Source: Gammaproteobacteria bacterium
GTDB taxonomy: Bacteria; Pseudomonadota; Gammaproteobacteria; Steroidobacterales; Rariloculaceae
Direction: 5' to 3'
Length of the DNA: 64,000 nt
NCBI GenBank assembly: GCA_050485685.1
Contig: JBJHBW010000007.1
Span: 5,950 to 69,949, forward strand
Part shown: one piece after another, positions 24,827-36,241 of the stretch
How positions within the stretch are numbered: position 1 is the first letter of the stretch
Layout of the letters: the number at the start of each line of letters is the position of its first letter
Notes under the pieces: generated by a model
Seen by the model: only the letters and a program-made list of their open reading frames with translations
Databases searched by the model: none
Told to the model about the DNA's origin: nothing
Made by a program: the position numbers and the translations under genes

Positions 24827-25819
24827 GCGTATGCCGATGCGATCGCGAATCTCGTCCAGGAACGGCTGACTGACTGCTCGAGCCTTTGCAGCGCCCGCCT
24901 TGAGTACCGCTTCCACATGATCGGGCGCCGCGAGCAGGCGCTGATACTCCGCGCGAGCATCTCGCAGATGCTCATTCACATACTCGAACAGCACCTGTTT
25001 CATCTCGCCCCAGCCTATGCCTTCAGCGTAACGTGCTCGCAGGAGCGTGGCTTCCTGTTCGGTTGCAAACGCACGATAGATCGCGAAAAGCGCACTTGAG
25101 TCCGGATCTTTTGGTTCTCCCGGCTCCTGGGAGTTGGTCTTGATGCGCATGATCAACTTGCGCAGCTTCTTTTCCGGCACGAACAGCGGAATCGTATTGT
25201 CATACGACTTGGACATCTTGCGCCCGTCCAGACCCGGCAGCACGGCCACACTCTCACCAATCACGGCCTCGGGCAGAACGAAGGTTTCTCCGTAATGGTG
25301 ATTGAAGCGCTGTGCAATGTCGCGGGCCATTTCCACGTGCTGCTTCTGGTCGCGACCGACCGGCACCTTGTGGGCCTTGAACATCAGGATATCGGCGGCC
25401 ATGAGGATGGGATAACTGAACAGACCCATGGTAATGCCCCTGTCGGGGTCGGCATTGCCCGCAGTCTCGTTGTCGGCCACAGCCGCCTTGTAGGCGTGCG
25501 CACGGTTCATCAGGCCTTTGGCGGTCATGCAGGTCAGAATCCACGACAGCTCCATGATCTCAGGCACATCAGACTGTCGATAAAAGACGACCTTGTCGGG
25601 ATCAAGGCCCGAAGCCAGCCAGCTCGCGGCAATGTGCAGTGTGGAGCGTGCACGGGCATCCGGATCCGTGCCCTTCACCAGCGAGTGATAGTCAGCCAGG
25701 AAGAAATACGAGTTCGTCGCAGCGCTGGTGCTGGCATCCACAGCCGGGCGTATCGCACCCACGTAGTTGCCGATATGGGGTTCACCGGTAGTCGTGATAC
25801 CGGTCAGTACCGTTTCCAT
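24806..25819 (-). CDS. trpS: tryptophan--tRNA ligase
   Basis: 337 aa with a class I HIGH-type motif (GEPHIGNYVGA) and KMSKS. Confidence 0.95.
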   Translation of the reverse strand: METVLTGITTTGEPHIGNYVGAIRPAVDASTSAATNSYFFLADYHSLVKGTDPDARARSTLHIAASWLASGLDPDKVVFYRQSDVPEIMELSWILTCMTAKGLMNRAHAYKAAVADNETAGNADPDRGITMGLFSYPILMAADILMFKAHKVPVGRDQKQHVEMARDIAQRFNHHYGETFVLPEAVIGESVAVLPGLDGRKMSKSYDNTIPLFVPEKKLRKLIMRIKTNSQEPGEPKDPDSSALFAIYRAFATEQEATLLRARYAEGIGWGEMKQVLFEYVNEHLRDARAEYQRLLAAPDHVEAVLKAGAAKARAVSQPFLDEIRDRIGIRSLTTAS

Positions 25820-25867
25820 ACTAGTCCTCTTTGCGAATTGCGGCCCGCCAGCCTGGTCGACGCCTGC

Positions 25868-27505
25868 TCAATAACCTGCAGCCTGACCGTCCTTGCGCGA
25901 CTCGGAAGCACCAAAGTACACGCCGCGCCGGCCGTCGCGCAGTATTGCCTGATAACCGCCGAAGCCGTAGCCGTTGTCGGCCTCCACCTGATGGCCCATT
26001 GCGCTCAGGCCTTTGGCCACCTGCGGCGGAAATCCGGCTTCCAGATGCACACTGCCGGTGCCAGTGGCCGTCTCGCCGGTGGGCGCTGACGAACCGTCGT
26101 GACGCAGGCGCGGTGCATCGCCCGCTTCCTGCACGTTCAATCCGAAATCGATGATGTTCTGCAGCACCTGCACCTGGCCCTGCGGCTGCATGTCGGCACC
26201 CATCACACCGAAGCTCAGCGCGAACTCAACGCCTCTGGTGACAAAGCCGGGAATGATGGTATTGAAAGGTCGCTTGCCGGGCGCGTAGGCGTTCGCATGG
26301 CCTGCATCCATCGCAAACAGTTCACCGCGATTCTGCAGCATGAACCCGAACTCGGGCACGACCACACCCGATCCCATTCCGCGAAAATTGCTTTGTATCA
26401 GTGACACCATCATTCCGTTCTCGTCAGCAGTGGTCAGATACACCGTATCGCCCGACTGCAGCACGCGCGGATCACCCGGCGGCACGATGGACGCTGCGCG
26501 CTTGAGATCGATCCGATCGCGCTGCCGCTGCACATACGACGGGGACAACAGTTCAGCTGCGGGAACGTCGTAGAAATCCGGATCGGCATAGTGGCGGGCA
26601 CGATCCTCGAACGCAAGTTTCTTGGCTTCGGTCAGCAGGTGAAGATAGCTCGGAGACTCCCGCCCCATTGCAGCCACGTCCCACCCCTCCAGAATCCTCA
26701 GCATCTGCAGGACTGCCAGCCCCTGGGTATTGGGCGGCAACTGCCAGACGGTGTAGCCGCGGTATTCGCATTGCAGCGGCGTGACCCACTGCGAACGGTG
26801 GGAAGCGAGGTCGTCCCGATCGAGAAAACCGTCCATTAATCTCATCTGGCGGTCTATTGCAGCGGCAATAGCGCCGTCATGGAATGCCCTTCTGCCGTGG
26901 ACAGCGATCAATTCGTAGGCGTCAGCGAGGCGCGGGTTGACGAATACGTCACCGCCGGCCGGCGCATGACCGCCGGGCATGTAGATATCGGCGACGCCGG
27001 GGAAGTGGCGAAGCCGGCGTGCATTGAGCGTCCAGTATCCGGCAATGATGTCGCTGACCGGAAACCCCTCACGGGCATAGCGGATCACCGGCGCCAGAAT
27101 ATCGCCAACCGGCAGACGTCCGAATCGGGCGTGCAGTTCGAACCAGGCGTCGACCGTGCCCGGCACGCTCACTGACAACGGGCCGTACGCGGGCATGCGA
27201 TCATGGCCTGCGGCTGCAATGTGCGCACGCGTGAGGCGACGTGGCGAGCGGCCGCTGCCATTGATCGCGCTGATTTTACCGTCGACGTAGACGAGCGCAA
27301 ACAGATCGCCACCAATGCCACAGCCGGTTGGCTCCATCAGACCCAACGCGGCATTGACCCCGATCGCGGCATCCACGGCACTGCCACCGCGCGCAAGGAC
27401 AGCAAGTCCGATCTGTGTGGCCAGCGCCTGGCTGGAAGCCACCATCGCGCGGCGCGCGGCCACCGGCGATCGTGTGGCGAAGTGTGCTCCGAACGGTCGT
27501 TCCAT
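25868..27505 (-). CDS. ggt: gamma-glutamyltransferase-family protein (no obvious signal peptide)
   Basis: 545 aa. The autoprocessing/nucleophile region is GDTVYLTTADENGMMVSLIQSNF. The N-terminus (MERPFGAHFATRSPVAARRAMVASS) lacks a hydrophobic signal sequence. Confidence 0.85.
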   Translation of the reverse strand: MERPFGAHFATRSPVAARRAMVASSQALATQIGLAVLARGGSAVDAAIGVNAALGLMEPTGCGIGGDLFALVYVDGKISAINGSGRSPRRLTRAHIAAAGHDRMPAYGPLSVSVPGTVDAWFELHARFGRLPVGDILAPVIRYAREGFPVSDIIAGYWTLNARRLRHFPGVADIYMPGGHAPAGGDVFVNPRLADAYELIAVHGRRAFHDGAIAAAIDRQMRLMDGFLDRDDLASHRSQWVTPLQCEYRGYTVWQLPPNTQGLAVLQMLRILEGWDVAAMGRESPSYLHLLTEAKKLAFEDRARHYADPDFYDVPAAELLSPSYVQRQRDRIDLKRAASIVPPGDPRVLQSGDTVYLTTADENGMMVSLIQSNFRGMGSGVVVPEFGFMLQNRGELFAMDAGHANAYAPGKRPFNTIIPGFVTRGVEFALSFGVMGADMQPQGQVQVLQNIIDFGLNVQEAGDAPRLRHDGSSAPTGETATGTGSVHLEAGFPPQVAKGLSAMGHQVEADNGYGFGGYQAILRDGRRGVYFGASESRKDGQAAGY

Positions 27506-27609
27506 ACTCAGTCCCGAGTCTGCGATTGCCGACAGCGCGTCGAAGAACGCGTGCTTCTGGCAGAATTGGCAGTCTCATCCGTCATTCGATCATCCGGGAA
27601 TTCAAGTCA

Positions 27610-28200
27610 ATGTCTCACCGTACGCATCACCTTCCGCCGCTGCCCGGGCCGCTGGGCGCACTGCGCGAACTGCGATATCACGAATCGTCGCGCCAGGGGC
27701 TGGGCATACTGCTGGTGCTACTTTATACGATTACCGCGCAACCGATGGCGACACTCGCGACACTGGGCCTGATACTGGCTGCCGTCGGCACCCTGTTTCG
27801 CTTCTGGGCCAGCGGTTACATCATCAAGAACCGGGAACTGGCCACACTGGGTCCCTACGCGATGGTCCGTCACCCGCTTTACACGGGTAACATCCTGATT
27901 GTGGCAGGTTTCGCGCTGGCCAATGCGCAATGGTGGGCGATACCGCTGGCACTGCTCTTCTTCTGGTTCTATTACCCGCCGGCTATCGACTACGAGGATC
28001 GCAAGCTGCGTGAGATTTTTGAAGAGAAATGGGACCACTGGGCAAACGGCACACCGGCACTCATTCCGACCTTCCGTAAGCTCGGTGATGCCACCCGCGG
28101 CTCATGGTCGATGCGCACGAGCACGAAGGCGAACGGCGAGATACTCATCGTCATCTACCTGTTCGTCTGCATGGGCGTGATCATCTGGCGGCTGGGCTGA
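27610..28200 (+). CDS. isoprenylcysteine carboxyl methyltransferase (ICMT)/phospholipid methyltransferase-family membrane protein
   Basis: Within ORF 27415..28200 I start at ATG 27610 (MSHRTHHLPPL...). Several TM segments and the family motif GPYAMVRHPLYTGNILI. Confidence 0.7.
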   Translation: MSHRTHHLPPLPGPLGALRELRYHESSRQGLGILLVLLYTITAQPMATLATLGLILAAVGTLFRFWASGYIIKNRELATLGPYAMVRHPLYTGNILIVAGFALANAQWWAIPLALLFFWFYYPPAIDYEDRKLREIFEEKWDHWANGTPALIPTFRKLGDATRGSWSMRTSTKANGEILIVIYLFVCMGVIIWRLG

Positions 28201-28226
28201 CGGCCGCCCGCCTGACTGGACCTGCA

Positions 28227-28931
28227 GTGACAGCGTCCACAGAAAACATCCGGACCTGGCTCAATGCGCGCAGTGATGCGGAGGGCCAGGTCCTCGGCAT
28301 GGGCTATCAGTCACGGGTGTATCTGTTCGACACGCCGTGGGGCAAGGTCGTGGTCAAACGAGCTCACCCCGCGCCGTTGATGCGCTGGCTGGGCAAGCTG
28401 GCGATACGTCACGAGCAACGTGTCTATGAGCGCCTGTCGAATGTCCCGGGCGTACCCAGGTCTTTCGGGCTTCTGGACCCGGAACGCCTCGCGCTGGAAC
28501 ATATTGACGGCGAGTCACTGCACCACGTGCAGAACAGACTCTCCAATCCCGACGTGTTCTACGCGAGGCTGCGCGAGACCATCGACGCCATGCATGCCGC
28601 GGGCATCGCGCATGGCGATCTGAAGCGCAAGTACAACATCCTCGTGAGCAAGGACGAACGCCCGTTCGTCATTGACTTTGGCGTCGCGCGCATCCTCGAA
28701 CCGCAGCAGTCGAGGTTCGCGCGCTGGCTATACGAATGGTGCCGGCAGACCGACTACAACGCCTGGATCAAGCTGAAATACCAGAGACAGCTCGAGCAGC
28801 TCTCGGAAGACGACCGTGCACTTTTTCGCCCTCTGCTGCTGGAACGCCTGGCGCGGGCGATACGCATTCCGCTGCGCGCCGTCACGCTGCGCAAGCTGCG
28901 AAAACAATGGAAACGCGAACGCCAGTCCTGA
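28227..28931 (+). CDS. atypical protein-kinase-fold protein (RIO/Kdo-lipopolysaccharide-kinase-like)
   Basis: VVVKR (Lys), catalytic loop HGDLKRKYNILV and VIDFGVA (DFG). The start is uncertain: I use GTG 28227, and the ORF-track start at 28104 overlaps the preceding gene. Confidence 0.65.
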   Translation: MTASTENIRTWLNARSDAEGQVLGMGYQSRVYLFDTPWGKVVVKRAHPAPLMRWLGKLAIRHEQRVYERLSNVPGVPRSFGLLDPERLALEHIDGESLHHVQNRLSNPDVFYARLRETIDAMHAAGIAHGDLKRKYNILVSKDERPFVIDFGVARILEPQQSRFARWLYEWCRQTDYNAWIKLKYQRQLEQLSEDDRALFRPLLLERLARAIRIPLRAVTLRKLRKQWKRERQS

Positions 28932-28947
28932 TGAAGGCCGGCTGTGA

Positions 28948-29331
28948 TTATTCGCTGGCGGCCTGCTGCTCTTCGGGCTGGTCCAGCAACTGCACCAGCG
29001 CCATTGGCGCGGAATCACCGGGGCGAAAGCCCATCTTGAGAATGCGCAGGTAGCCACCCGGTCGATCCTTGAAGCGCGGACCGAGCTCTCCGAACAACTT
29101 GCCGACCGCCGCCTCGTCGCGCAGGCGGTCGAAGGCCAGGCGGCGGCGGCTGACGCCATCTTCCTTGGCCAGCGTAATCAGCGGTTCGATCACACGCCGC
29201 AGCTCCTTGGCCTTGGGCAGAGTCGTGCGAATCGTTTCATGGCGCACAAGCGATGCGGCCATATTCCGGTACATCGCCTTGCGATGAGCGGAGTTTCTGC
29301 CGAGCTTGCGGCCGGACTTTCTGTGACGCAC
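28948..29331 (-). CDS. rplQ: 50S ribosomal protein L17
   Basis: [20 protein letters not shown]... Last gene of the alpha operon after rpoA. Confidence 0.97.
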   Translation of the reverse strand: MRHRKSGRKLGRNSAHRKAMYRNMAASLVRHETIRTTLPKAKELRRVIEPLITLAKEDGVSRRRLAFDRLRDEAAVGKLFGELGPRFKDRPGGYLRILKMGFRPGDSAPMALVQLLDQPEEQQAASE

Positions 29332-29455
29332 TTTACTTATCCTCGATCAATTCTGCCCGATCAATACGGCTCTGTACCGCCTGTGACGGGCCGGTACGGC
29401 TCTGTATTTCCCGCGACCTGCAAATACCTGCCTGACTTTCCGCCTTCCGTGTCGC

Positions 29456-30469
29456 TCAATAAGCGACCGAACGCGGCTCTTCCTCGCTGCTGCGCAGACT
29501 GGCCGGGGGCCAGTTATCCAGCCGCATGCCCAGCGCAAGTCCGTGCTGTTCGAGCACTTCCTTGATCTCGGTCAGCGACTTCTTGCCCAGATTCGGCGTC
29601 CTGAGCAACTCAACCTCGGTGCGCTGGACCAGATCACCGATGTAGTTGATGTTCTCGGCCTTCAGGCAGTTTGCAGAGCGCACGGTCAGTTCCAGCTCGT
29701 CCACCGGACGCAGCAGTATGGGATCCACCTGCGTTTCGGCGCTACCGTAACCGACTTCGTCCTCACCCTGCAGATCGACGAACACGTCGAGCTGGTTCTT
29801 CAGGATGCTGCCGGCACGGCGGATCGCCTCTTCAGCATCTATGGTGCCGTTGGTCTCGATATCAATGATGAGCTTGTCGAGATCGGTACGCTGTTCAACC
29901 CGCGCGCTTTCCACGTTGTACGTGACACGGCGCACGGGGCTGAACGATGCGTCCAGCTGCAGCCGACCGATAGGACGGGTCTGCTCTTCGAACGCCGGTG
30001 CCTGCGTAGCGGGACGATAACCGCGACCTCGGGCAACCTTCAGGAACGCACGCAGTTCACCAGCCTGGGTCAGGTTGGCAATGACCAGATCGGGATTGAC
30101 GATTTCTATGTCATGGTCCGTCTGGATATCACCGGCCGTGACCGGACCGGGGCCCTTCTTGGTCAGCGTGAGCTCGGCCTCGTCGCGTGAATGCATCCTG
30201 ATCGCCACCGCTTTCAGGTTCAGCAGAATGTCGACGACATCCTCCTGCACGCCCTCGATGCTGGTGTACTCATGCAGCACACCTTCGATTTCGACTTCCA
30301 CGACGGCCGCGCCCGGCATGGACGACAGCAGCACACGCCGCAGCGCGTTGCCAAGCGTGTGCCCAAAGCCGCGCTCGAACGGTTCCACCGTCACGCGTGC
30401 GCGATTGTTCGCCAGCGGCTGTACTTTGACGGCTCGCGGCTTCAAGAATTCCGTTGCTGATACCTGCAT
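29456..30469 (-). CDS. rpoA: DNA-directed RNA polymerase subunit alpha
   Basis: 337 aa. [12 protein letters not shown]...[15 protein letters not shown]; C-terminal domain ...[16 protein letters not shown]. Confidence 0.98.
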   Translation of the reverse strand: MQVSATEFLKPRAVKVQPLANNRARVTVEPFERGFGHTLGNALRRVLLSSMPGAAVVEVEIEGVLHEYTSIEGVQEDVVDILLNLKAVAIRMHSRDEAELTLTKKGPGPVTAGDIQTDHDIEIVNPDLVIANLTQAGELRAFLKVARGRGYRPATQAPAFEEQTRPIGRLQLDASFSPVRRVTYNVESARVEQRTDLDKLIIDIETNGTIDAEEAIRRAGSILKNQLDVFVDLQGEDEVGYGSAETQVDPILLRPVDELELTVRSANCLKAENINYIGDLVQRTEVELLRTPNLGKKSLTEIKEVLEQHGLALGMRLDNWPPASLRSSEEEPRSVAY

Positions 30470-30513
30470 CTGCGCTAGTCCTCGTGATTGTGAGGCTCCT
30501 GCCGGGAGGAGGA

Positions 30514-31134
30514 TTACTTGGAGTACAACTCCACGACCAGATTCTCGTTGATATCCGGAAGAATCTCGTCCCGCTCCGGAAGGGCTTTCAGTACCCCTTC
30601 CATCTTCTTGTCATCGACTTCCACCCACTCCGGGAATCCGACCTGACCGGCAATGTCCAGCGCGGACTTTATGCGGGTCTGGGAACGCGCACGTTCGCGC
30701 ACGCTGATACGATCACCGGCCTTGAGCTGGAATGAAGGTACATTCACGACCTTCTCGTTCACCTGAATGCCGCGATGGCTGACAAGCTGACGCGCCTCGG
30801 CACGCGTGGAAGCAAAGCCCATGCGATAGACAACGTTGTCCAGCCGTGATTCAAGCATTCGCAGCAGGTTCTCACCGGTCGAACCCTTAACGCGCGACGC
30901 TTTTTTGTAGTAGTTGCGGAACTGCCGCTCCAGCACACCATACATGCGACGCAGCTTCTGCTTTTCGCGCAGCTGAATGCCGTAGTCGGAGAGTCGGGTA
31001 CGGCGTTGGGCCTGTCCACCGGGCGGCACTTCAAGCTTGCACTTGGATTCAAGTGGCTTGACTCCGCTTTTCAGGAACAGGTCGGTGCCCTCACGCCGGG
31101 CCAGTTTGCAAGTCGGTCCTGTGTATCTCGCCAT
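30514..31134 (-). CDS. rpsD: 30S ribosomal protein S4
   Basis: [24 protein letters not shown]..., 206 aa. Confidence 0.97.
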   Translation of the reverse strand: MARYTGPTCKLARREGTDLFLKSGVKPLESKCKLEVPPGGQAQRRTRLSDYGIQLREKQKLRRMYGVLERQFRNYYKKASRVKGSTGENLLRMLESRLDNVVYRMGFASTRAEARQLVSHRGIQVNEKVVNVPSFQLKAGDRISVRERARSQTRIKSALDIAGQVGFPEWVEVDDKKMEGVLKALPERDEILPDINENLVVELYSK

Positions 31135-31146
31135 GATTGCTTCTGC

Positions 31147-31539
31147 CTACACTCGACGACGCTTTGGCGGTCTGCAGCCGTTGTGGGGAATCGGTGTCAC
31201 GTCTTCTATCTCCGTGATTCTGAAACCGACCGCATTCAACGCGCGTACCGCGGACTCACGTCCAGGGCCGGGTCCCTTGACCCGGACTTCCAGGTTCTTC
31301 ACACCGTAGTCCTTGGCGGCGGTGCCGGCTTTCTCGGCTGCCACCTGGGCCGCGAACGGCGTGCTCTTGCGCGAACCCTTGAATCCACAACCACCGGCGG
31401 TAGCCCACGACAGGGCATTACCCTGCCTGTCGGTAATCGTGATGATGGTGTTGTTGAACGAGGCGTGTACATGGGCCACCGCGTCGAGTATCTGACGCTT
31501 GACCTTCTTACGCGTTGTCTTGGTCGGCTGCTGTGCCAT
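31147..31539 (-). CDS. rpsK: 30S ribosomal protein S11
   Basis: I start at Met 31539 ([37 protein letters not shown]); the ORF-track extension overlaps rpsM. Confidence 0.95.
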   Translation of the reverse strand: MAQQPTKTTRKKVKRQILDAVAHVHASFNNTIITITDRQGNALSWATAGGCGFKGSRKSTPFAAQVAAEKAGTAAKDYGVKNLEVRVKGPGPGRESAVRALNAVGFRITEIEDVTPIPHNGCRPPKRRRV

Positions 31540-31550
31540 AGTCGTACCTG

Positions 31551-31907
31551 TTATTTCCTGATCGGCCTGCGCGGGCCCTTGCGTGTGCGCGCATTGGTCC
31601 GCGTACGCTGGCCGTGTGCCGGCAACCCGCGCCGGTGACGAATCCCCCGGTAGCAACCGAGGTCCATCAATCGCTTGATGTTCATTGCCACTTCACGACG
31701 CAGATCGCCCTCTACCGGGAACTTCGCAACAAACTCCCTGAGCTTTGCCACCTCGGGTTCGGTCAGATCCTTCACCGGTGTGGTCGGATCGACGCCGGCG
31801 GCCTCACATACGGCCACCGCACGGCTGCGTCCGATGCCGTGGATGTGAGTCAAGGCAATCGACACATGTTTGCCGATTGGAATATTTATGCCGGCGATAC
31901 GCGCCAT
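31551..31907 (-). CDS. rpsM: 30S ribosomal protein S13
   Basis: [26 protein letters not shown]..., 118 aa. Confidence 0.97.
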   Translation of the reverse strand: MARIAGINIPIGKHVSIALTHIHGIGRSRAVAVCEAAGVDPTTPVKDLTEPEVAKLREFVAKFPVEGDLRREVAMNIKRLMDLGCYRGIRHRRGLPAHGQRTRTNARTRKGPRRPIRK

Positions 31908-31925
31908 TCTGATAGGCCTCCGCTT

Positions 31926-32039
31926 TTAACCCTGTCGCTGCTTGTGGCGCGGATCCGAGCAGATAACCCGGACTACGCCGCCGCGGCGAATAATCTTGCA
32001 GTTGCGGCAAATCTTCCGCACCGATGCCCTGACTTTCAT
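31926..32039 (-). CDS. rpmJ: 50S ribosomal protein L36
   Basis: Not in the ORF track because it is under 60 aa. The reverse complement reads [37 protein letters not shown], between secY and rpsM. Confidence 0.93.
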   Translation of the reverse strand: MKVRASVRKICRNCKIIRRGGVVRVICSDPRHKQRQG

Positions 32040-32079
32040 CTCCGAACTCCTACCCGGTCACGTCTCGCCACGGGGCCCG

Positions 32080-33411
32080 TCACGAGCGGGTGTACCCGCG
32101 CAAATTGGCCTTTTTCATCAGACCCTCATATTGATGGGTCATCATGTGTGCCTGTAGCTGCGACATGAAATCGATGGTTACGACCACGATAATCAGCAGC
32201 GACGTACCACCAAAATAAAACGGTACGTTGAACTGCAGCAGCATGAATTCCGGCAACAGGCAGACGCCGGTGATGTACATGGCACCCCAGAACGTAAGCC
32301 TGGTGAGCACCTTGTCTATGTAATCCGCGGTTTGCGCGCCGGGCCTGATACCCGGAATGAAAGCGCCGGAACGCTTCAGGTTATCCGCAGTCTCGCGCGA
32401 GTTGAACACCAGCGCGGTATAGAAAAAGCAGAAGAATATGATCAGCGTGGCGTACAGAGCGATATAGACCGGCTGCCCCGGACCCATGCTCGCGGCGATG
32501 CGCTGCAGCCAGGCCACCGATTCACCGGTACCGAACCAGCTGGCCATCGTCGCCGGGAACAGAATCAGACTGGACGCGAAGATCGGCGGAATCACGCCGG
32601 CCATATTGATCTTGAACGGCAGATGGCTGGTCTGACCCGCGTACATGCGCCGACCTTGCTGGCGCTTGGCGTAGTTCACGGCGATGCGACGCTGGGCACG
32701 CTCCATGAACACGACAAAGCCGATGGCGCCAAGCATCAGGAACCCGAGAATGAACGGCAGGGCGGGATTCATGGCACCGGTATTTACAAGCTCCAGAGTG
32801 CCGCCGATCGCCGAGGGCAGACCTGCGACGATGCTGGCCAGAATCAGCAGCGAGATGCCGTTGCCTATGCCGCGCTCGGTGATCTGCTCACCCAGCCACA
32901 TCAGAAACATGGTACCGGTGACCAGAGTGACGGCGGTCGTGAGCACAAAGACCGGACCCGGATTGATCACGACGTCCAGATTCTGCATCGCAGTGGCAGC
33001 CGCCAGTGCCTGGAACGAGCTCAGCAGCAGCGTACCCTGACGGGTGTACTGAGTGATCTTGCGACGGCCTGACTCACCTTCCTTACGCAGCTGCTGCAGC
33101 GAAGGCACGATGTGTGTGGCCATCTGCATGATGATGGCGGCGGAAATGTACGGCATGATGCCGAGCGCAAAAATAGACAGCCTCTCCAGCGCACCGCCGG
33201 AGAACATGTTGAAGACCGCCAGAATCGTGCCGGACTGGTCGTCAAAGAACTGCTGCAGTGCGATCGGATCGATACCGGGCACCGGGATGAAAGTGCCTAT
33301 GCGCCAGACGACTAGCGCTCCGATGACAAAAAACAGGCGCTGGCGAATCTCGGAGAAACGCGTTGCGTCTCCGAGCATCGCTGCCGCGTTGGCTGCGCCT
33401 GGTTTGGCCAC
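32080..33411 (-). CDS. secY: preprotein translocase subunit SecY
   Basis: 443 aa polytopic protein in the conserved spc-operon position (...[16 protein letters not shown]...). Confidence 0.97.
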   Translation of the reverse strand: MAKPGAANAAAMLGDATRFSEIRQRLFFVIGALVVWRIGTFIPVPGIDPIALQQFFDDQSGTILAVFNMFSGGALERLSIFALGIMPYISAAIIMQMATHIVPSLQQLRKEGESGRRKITQYTRQGTLLLSSFQALAAATAMQNLDVVINPGPVFVLTTAVTLVTGTMFLMWLGEQITERGIGNGISLLILASIVAGLPSAIGGTLELVNTGAMNPALPFILGFLMLGAIGFVVFMERAQRRIAVNYAKRQQGRRMYAGQTSHLPFKINMAGVIPPIFASSLILFPATMASWFGTGESVAWLQRIAASMGPGQPVYIALYATLIIFFCFFYTALVFNSRETADNLKRSGAFIPGIRPGAQTADYIDKVLTRLTFWGAMYITGVCLLPEFMLLQFNVPFYFGGTSLLIIVVVTIDFMSQLQAHMMTHQYEGLMKKANLRGYTRS

Positions 33412-33461
33412 TGGTAGTGCTCCGTTATCCTTGAGGTTTCACCCGTGTCTGCGGGTGCGAC

Positions 33462-33896
33462 CTATTCCGTAATGCTGCCGCCGGCAGCTTCAATGATCTT
33501 GCGTGCGCCGGCCGTTACCTTCACACCGACAACTTTCACTGCTTTGTCTAGTGTGCCCGACGCGATGACCTTGACCTTCTCGGCCTGAGCCGGGACCAGC
33601 CCGGCCGCCTTCAGTGCCGCCAGATCCGCGGTGCCATCGGCGAACTTCGCCAGTTCATGCACGCGCACTTCAGCACTCAGTCTTGCCATACGCGAGCGGA
33701 AGCCGACCTTGGGCAGCCTGCGCTGTATGGGCATCTGGCCGCCTTCGAAACCGACCTTGTGGAAGCCACCGGCTCGGGCATGCTGACCCTTGACACCACG
33801 ACCACCGGTCTTACCCTGGCCGGCACTGTGTCCGCGACCCAGGCGCTTGCCTTCCTTGCGGCTGCCGGTGGCAGGTTTCAATGTGTTCAGGCGCAT
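33462..33896 (-). CDS. rplO: 50S ribosomal protein L15
   Basis: MRLNTLKPATGSRKEGKRLGRGHSAGQGKTGGRG... Confidence 0.97.
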   Translation of the reverse strand: MRLNTLKPATGSRKEGKRLGRGHSAGQGKTGGRGVKGQHARAGGFHKVGFEGGQMPIQRRLPKVGFRSRMARLSAEVRVHELAKFADGTADLAALKAAGLVPAQAEKVKVIASGTLDKAVKVVGVKVTAGARKIIEAAGGSITE

Positions 33897-33897
33897 G

Positions 33898-34089
33898 TCA
33901 GGCCTCCTCGACGTGCAGCATGTAGGCCACCTTGCGAATCATGCCGAGATTCTCCGGCGTACCATCGACAACGACCGTCTGGTGCCGATTGCGCAGACCA
34001 AGGCCCGCCAGACATTCGGCATGACCTGGCTTGCGGCCGAACCGGCTGCGAACCAGCGTGAGCTTCAGCTTGTTTGAGTCCTTGGCCAC
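33898..34089 (-). CDS. rpmD: 50S ribosomal protein L30
   Basis: I start at GTG 34089 ((M)[31 protein letters not shown]...), 8 nt after the rpsE stop. The ORF-track ATG at 34128 overlaps rpsE. Confidence 0.9.
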   Translation of the reverse strand: MAKDSNKLKLTLVRSRFGRKPGHAECLAGLGLRNRHQTVVVDGTPENLGMIRKVAYMLHVEEA

Positions 34090-34096
34090 AGCAACC

Positions 34097-34585
34097 TCAA
34101 CCGAGTATGTCTTCGACTGAACGGCCACGCTTGGCCGCGATTTCCTGCGGCGAACGCATCTTGGTCAATGCATTCAGCGTCGCCCGCACCACGTTGATCG
34201 GGTTGCGCGAACCGTAGCTCTTCGCGAGCACGTTGCGCACGCCTGCACACTCGAACACCGCGCGCATGGCACCCCCGGCGATGATGCCGGTACCGTCCGA
34301 TGCCGGCTGCATGAACACCCGGGTCGCACCGTGACGGCCCTGCAGTTCGTATTGCAGCGTGTCTTTCTTCAGGCGCAGCGTGCGCAGGTTCTTACGCGCT
34401 GCCTGCATGGCCTTCTGGATCGCCAGCGGCAGTTCGCGCGCCTTGCCGTAGCCGTAGCCGACACGCCCGGCGCCATCGCCGACCACGGTCAGGGCCGTGA
34501 AACCGAACTGGCGGCCGCCCTTGACGACCTTTGCAACGCGATTGACCGCGACCAGCTTTTCCTGGAGTTCTTCCGTTGTCGCCAT
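34097..34585 (-). CDS. rpsE: 30S ribosomal protein S5
   Basis: ...[32 protein letters not shown]... Confidence 0.97.
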   Translation of the reverse strand: MATTEELQEKLVAVNRVAKVVKGGRQFGFTALTVVGDGAGRVGYGYGKARELPLAIQKAMQAARKNLRTLRLKKDTLQYELQGRHGATRVFMQPASDGTGIIAGGAMRAVFECAGVRNVLAKSYGSRNPINVVRATLNALTKMRSPQEIAAKRGRSVEDILG

Positions 34586-34586
34586 T

Positions 34587-34940
34587 TCAGATCCTCAAAC
34601 CGGCTTCGCGCGCGCTGTCGGCCAGTGCCTTCACCCGCCCGTGGTAACGAAAACCGGAACGGTCAAACGCCACCTGCTCAATACCTTTTTCCCGGGCCTT
34701 TTCGGCCAGGCGCTTGCCAACCGCTGCTGCGGCGGCGGTATTACCCGTGCCTTTCAGCGTTTCGCGCAGCTGTTTGTCGACCGTCGATGCGCTGCACACC
34801 ACCGTCCCGCCATCGGGCGCGATCACCTGCGCATAGATGTGTCGCGGCGTGCGATGAATGCACAGCCTGTAGGCGCCTGTCAGCGCGATTCGAGCTCTTG
34901 CCTTGCGCGCACGGCGCTGGCGTTTTTCCCGCTTCTGCAT
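34587..34940 (-). CDS. rplR: 50S ribosomal protein L18
   Basis: 117 aa; ...[15 protein letters not shown]... and a C-terminal [24 protein letters not shown]. Confidence 0.97.
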   Translation of the reverse strand: MQKREKRQRRARKARARIALTGAYRLCIHRTPRHIYAQVIAPDGGTVVCSASTVDKQLRETLKGTGNTAAAAAVGKRLAEKAREKGIEQVAFDRSGFRYHGRVKALADSAREAGLRI

Positions 34941-34949
34941 ATCCCGGCC

Positions 34950-35483
34950 CTACTTCTTCTTCGCTTCCTTCAGCACGATGCGCTCGTCGGAATACCTTAC
35001 GCCCTTGCCCTTGTAAGGCTCCGGCGGACGGTAACGGCGCACCTCGGCGGCCACCTGGCCGACGCGCTGCTTGTCAATACCCTTGATCAGAATTTCCGAC
35101 TGGCTGGGGGTCTCGATGCTGATACCTTCCGGCACCGGATACTGCACCGGATGAGAAAAGCCCAGCGACAGATTCAGCGTGGCTCCCTGCGCCTGCGCGC
35201 GGTAACCAACTCCGACCAGTTCCAGCTTGCGCTGGAAGCCCTCACTGACGCCGGTGACCATATTCTGTACCAGCGCTCGCGTCGTGCCCGCTATCGCATT
35301 CGCGAAACGGCTGCCCGAGCGCGCGGCGACCGTCAGCTGGCCGTCCTCGACCTTGACCTCAACCTCGGGATTCAGCTCGATAGCGAGGCTTCCCTTCGGA
35401 CCCTTGACCGTCAGTTCCGCGCCCTTCACCTCGGCGGACACGCCGCTGGCGATGACTACGGGACGTTTCGCAACTCTGGACAT
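34950..35483 (-). CDS. rplF: 50S ribosomal protein L6
   Basis: [31 protein letters not shown]..., 177 aa. Confidence 0.97.
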   Translation of the reverse strand: MSRVAKRPVVIASGVSAEVKGAELTVKGPKGSLAIELNPEVEVKVEDGQLTVAARSGSRFANAIAGTTRALVQNMVTGVSEGFQRKLELVGVGYRAQAQGATLNLSLGFSHPVQYPVPEGISIETPSQSEILIKGIDKQRVGQVAAEVRRYRPPEPYKGKGVRYSDERIVLKEAKKK

Positions 35484-35522
35484 AGTCTTAACTCGTTATT
35501 ACGACGGGTGCGAACGGCGTCA

Positions 35523-35918
35523 TTACGACACTACGCACAACACCTCACCGCCATGACCTTCGGCCCGCGCGCGACGATCGGTCATCACGCCCCGGGACGT
35601 GGACACGACCGCGATCCCGAGACCGCCCTGTACTTTCGGCAACTCGTCAACGCTGCGATAGATACGCAGGCCCGGACGACTCACCCGCTCTATGCGCTCA
35701 ATGACCGGCTGATCGCGGTGGTATTTCAGCTCGATCGTCAATGTCTGCTTGCCTTCGACTTCCTTGGTGCTGACACCGGCCACATAGCCTTCTTCCTCAA
35801 GCACTTTCGCAATGGCCTCTTTCTGCTTCGATGCCGGCATCGTCACTGACGCCTTGCGGGCCTGCTGGCCATTACGGATACGCGTAAGCAGGTCGGCGAT
35901 TGGATCGGTCATACTCAT
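35523..35918 (-). CDS. rpsH: 30S ribosomal protein S8
   Basis: [20 protein letters not shown]..., 131 aa. Confidence 0.97.
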   Translation of the reverse strand: MSMTDPIADLLTRIRNGQQARKASVTMPASKQKEAIAKVLEEEGYVAGVSTKEVEGKQTLTIELKYHRDQPVIERIERVSRPGLRIYRSVDELPKVQGGLGIAVVSTSRGVMTDRRARAEGHGGEVLCVVS

Positions 35919-35935
35919 CGCTGTGTCTCCCTGAC

Positions 35936-36241
35936 TTACCAGCTCGCCTTGGTCAGGCCCGGAATGTCGCCACGCATGGCAGCTTCCCGCAGCTTGTTAC
36001 GACCGAGACCAAATTTGCGATAAAAACCGTGCGGGCGGCCGGATATGGAGCACCTGTTACGAAGGCGCACCGGGCTCGCGTCACGCGGCAGCGACTGCAG
36101 CGACTGCTGAGCGGCCAGGCGTTCTTCATCGGTAGCCGTCGGGCTGCTGATAATGCGCTTGTACTCGGCCCGCTTCGCGGCGTATTTCAGCACGGTGCGC
36201 TCGCGGCGCGCCTGCTTGGCGAGTGTAGATTTCTTCGCCAT
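35936..36241 (-). CDS. rpsN: 30S ribosomal protein S14
   Basis: [17 protein letters not shown]...; C-terminal ...[18 protein letters not shown]. Its start overlaps the rplE stop (TGATG). Confidence 0.97.
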   Translation of the reverse strand: MAKKSTLAKQARRERTVLKYAAKRAEYKRIISSPTATDEERLAAQQSLQSLPRDASPVRLRNRCSISGRPHGFYRKFGLGRNKLREAAMRGDIPGLTKASW

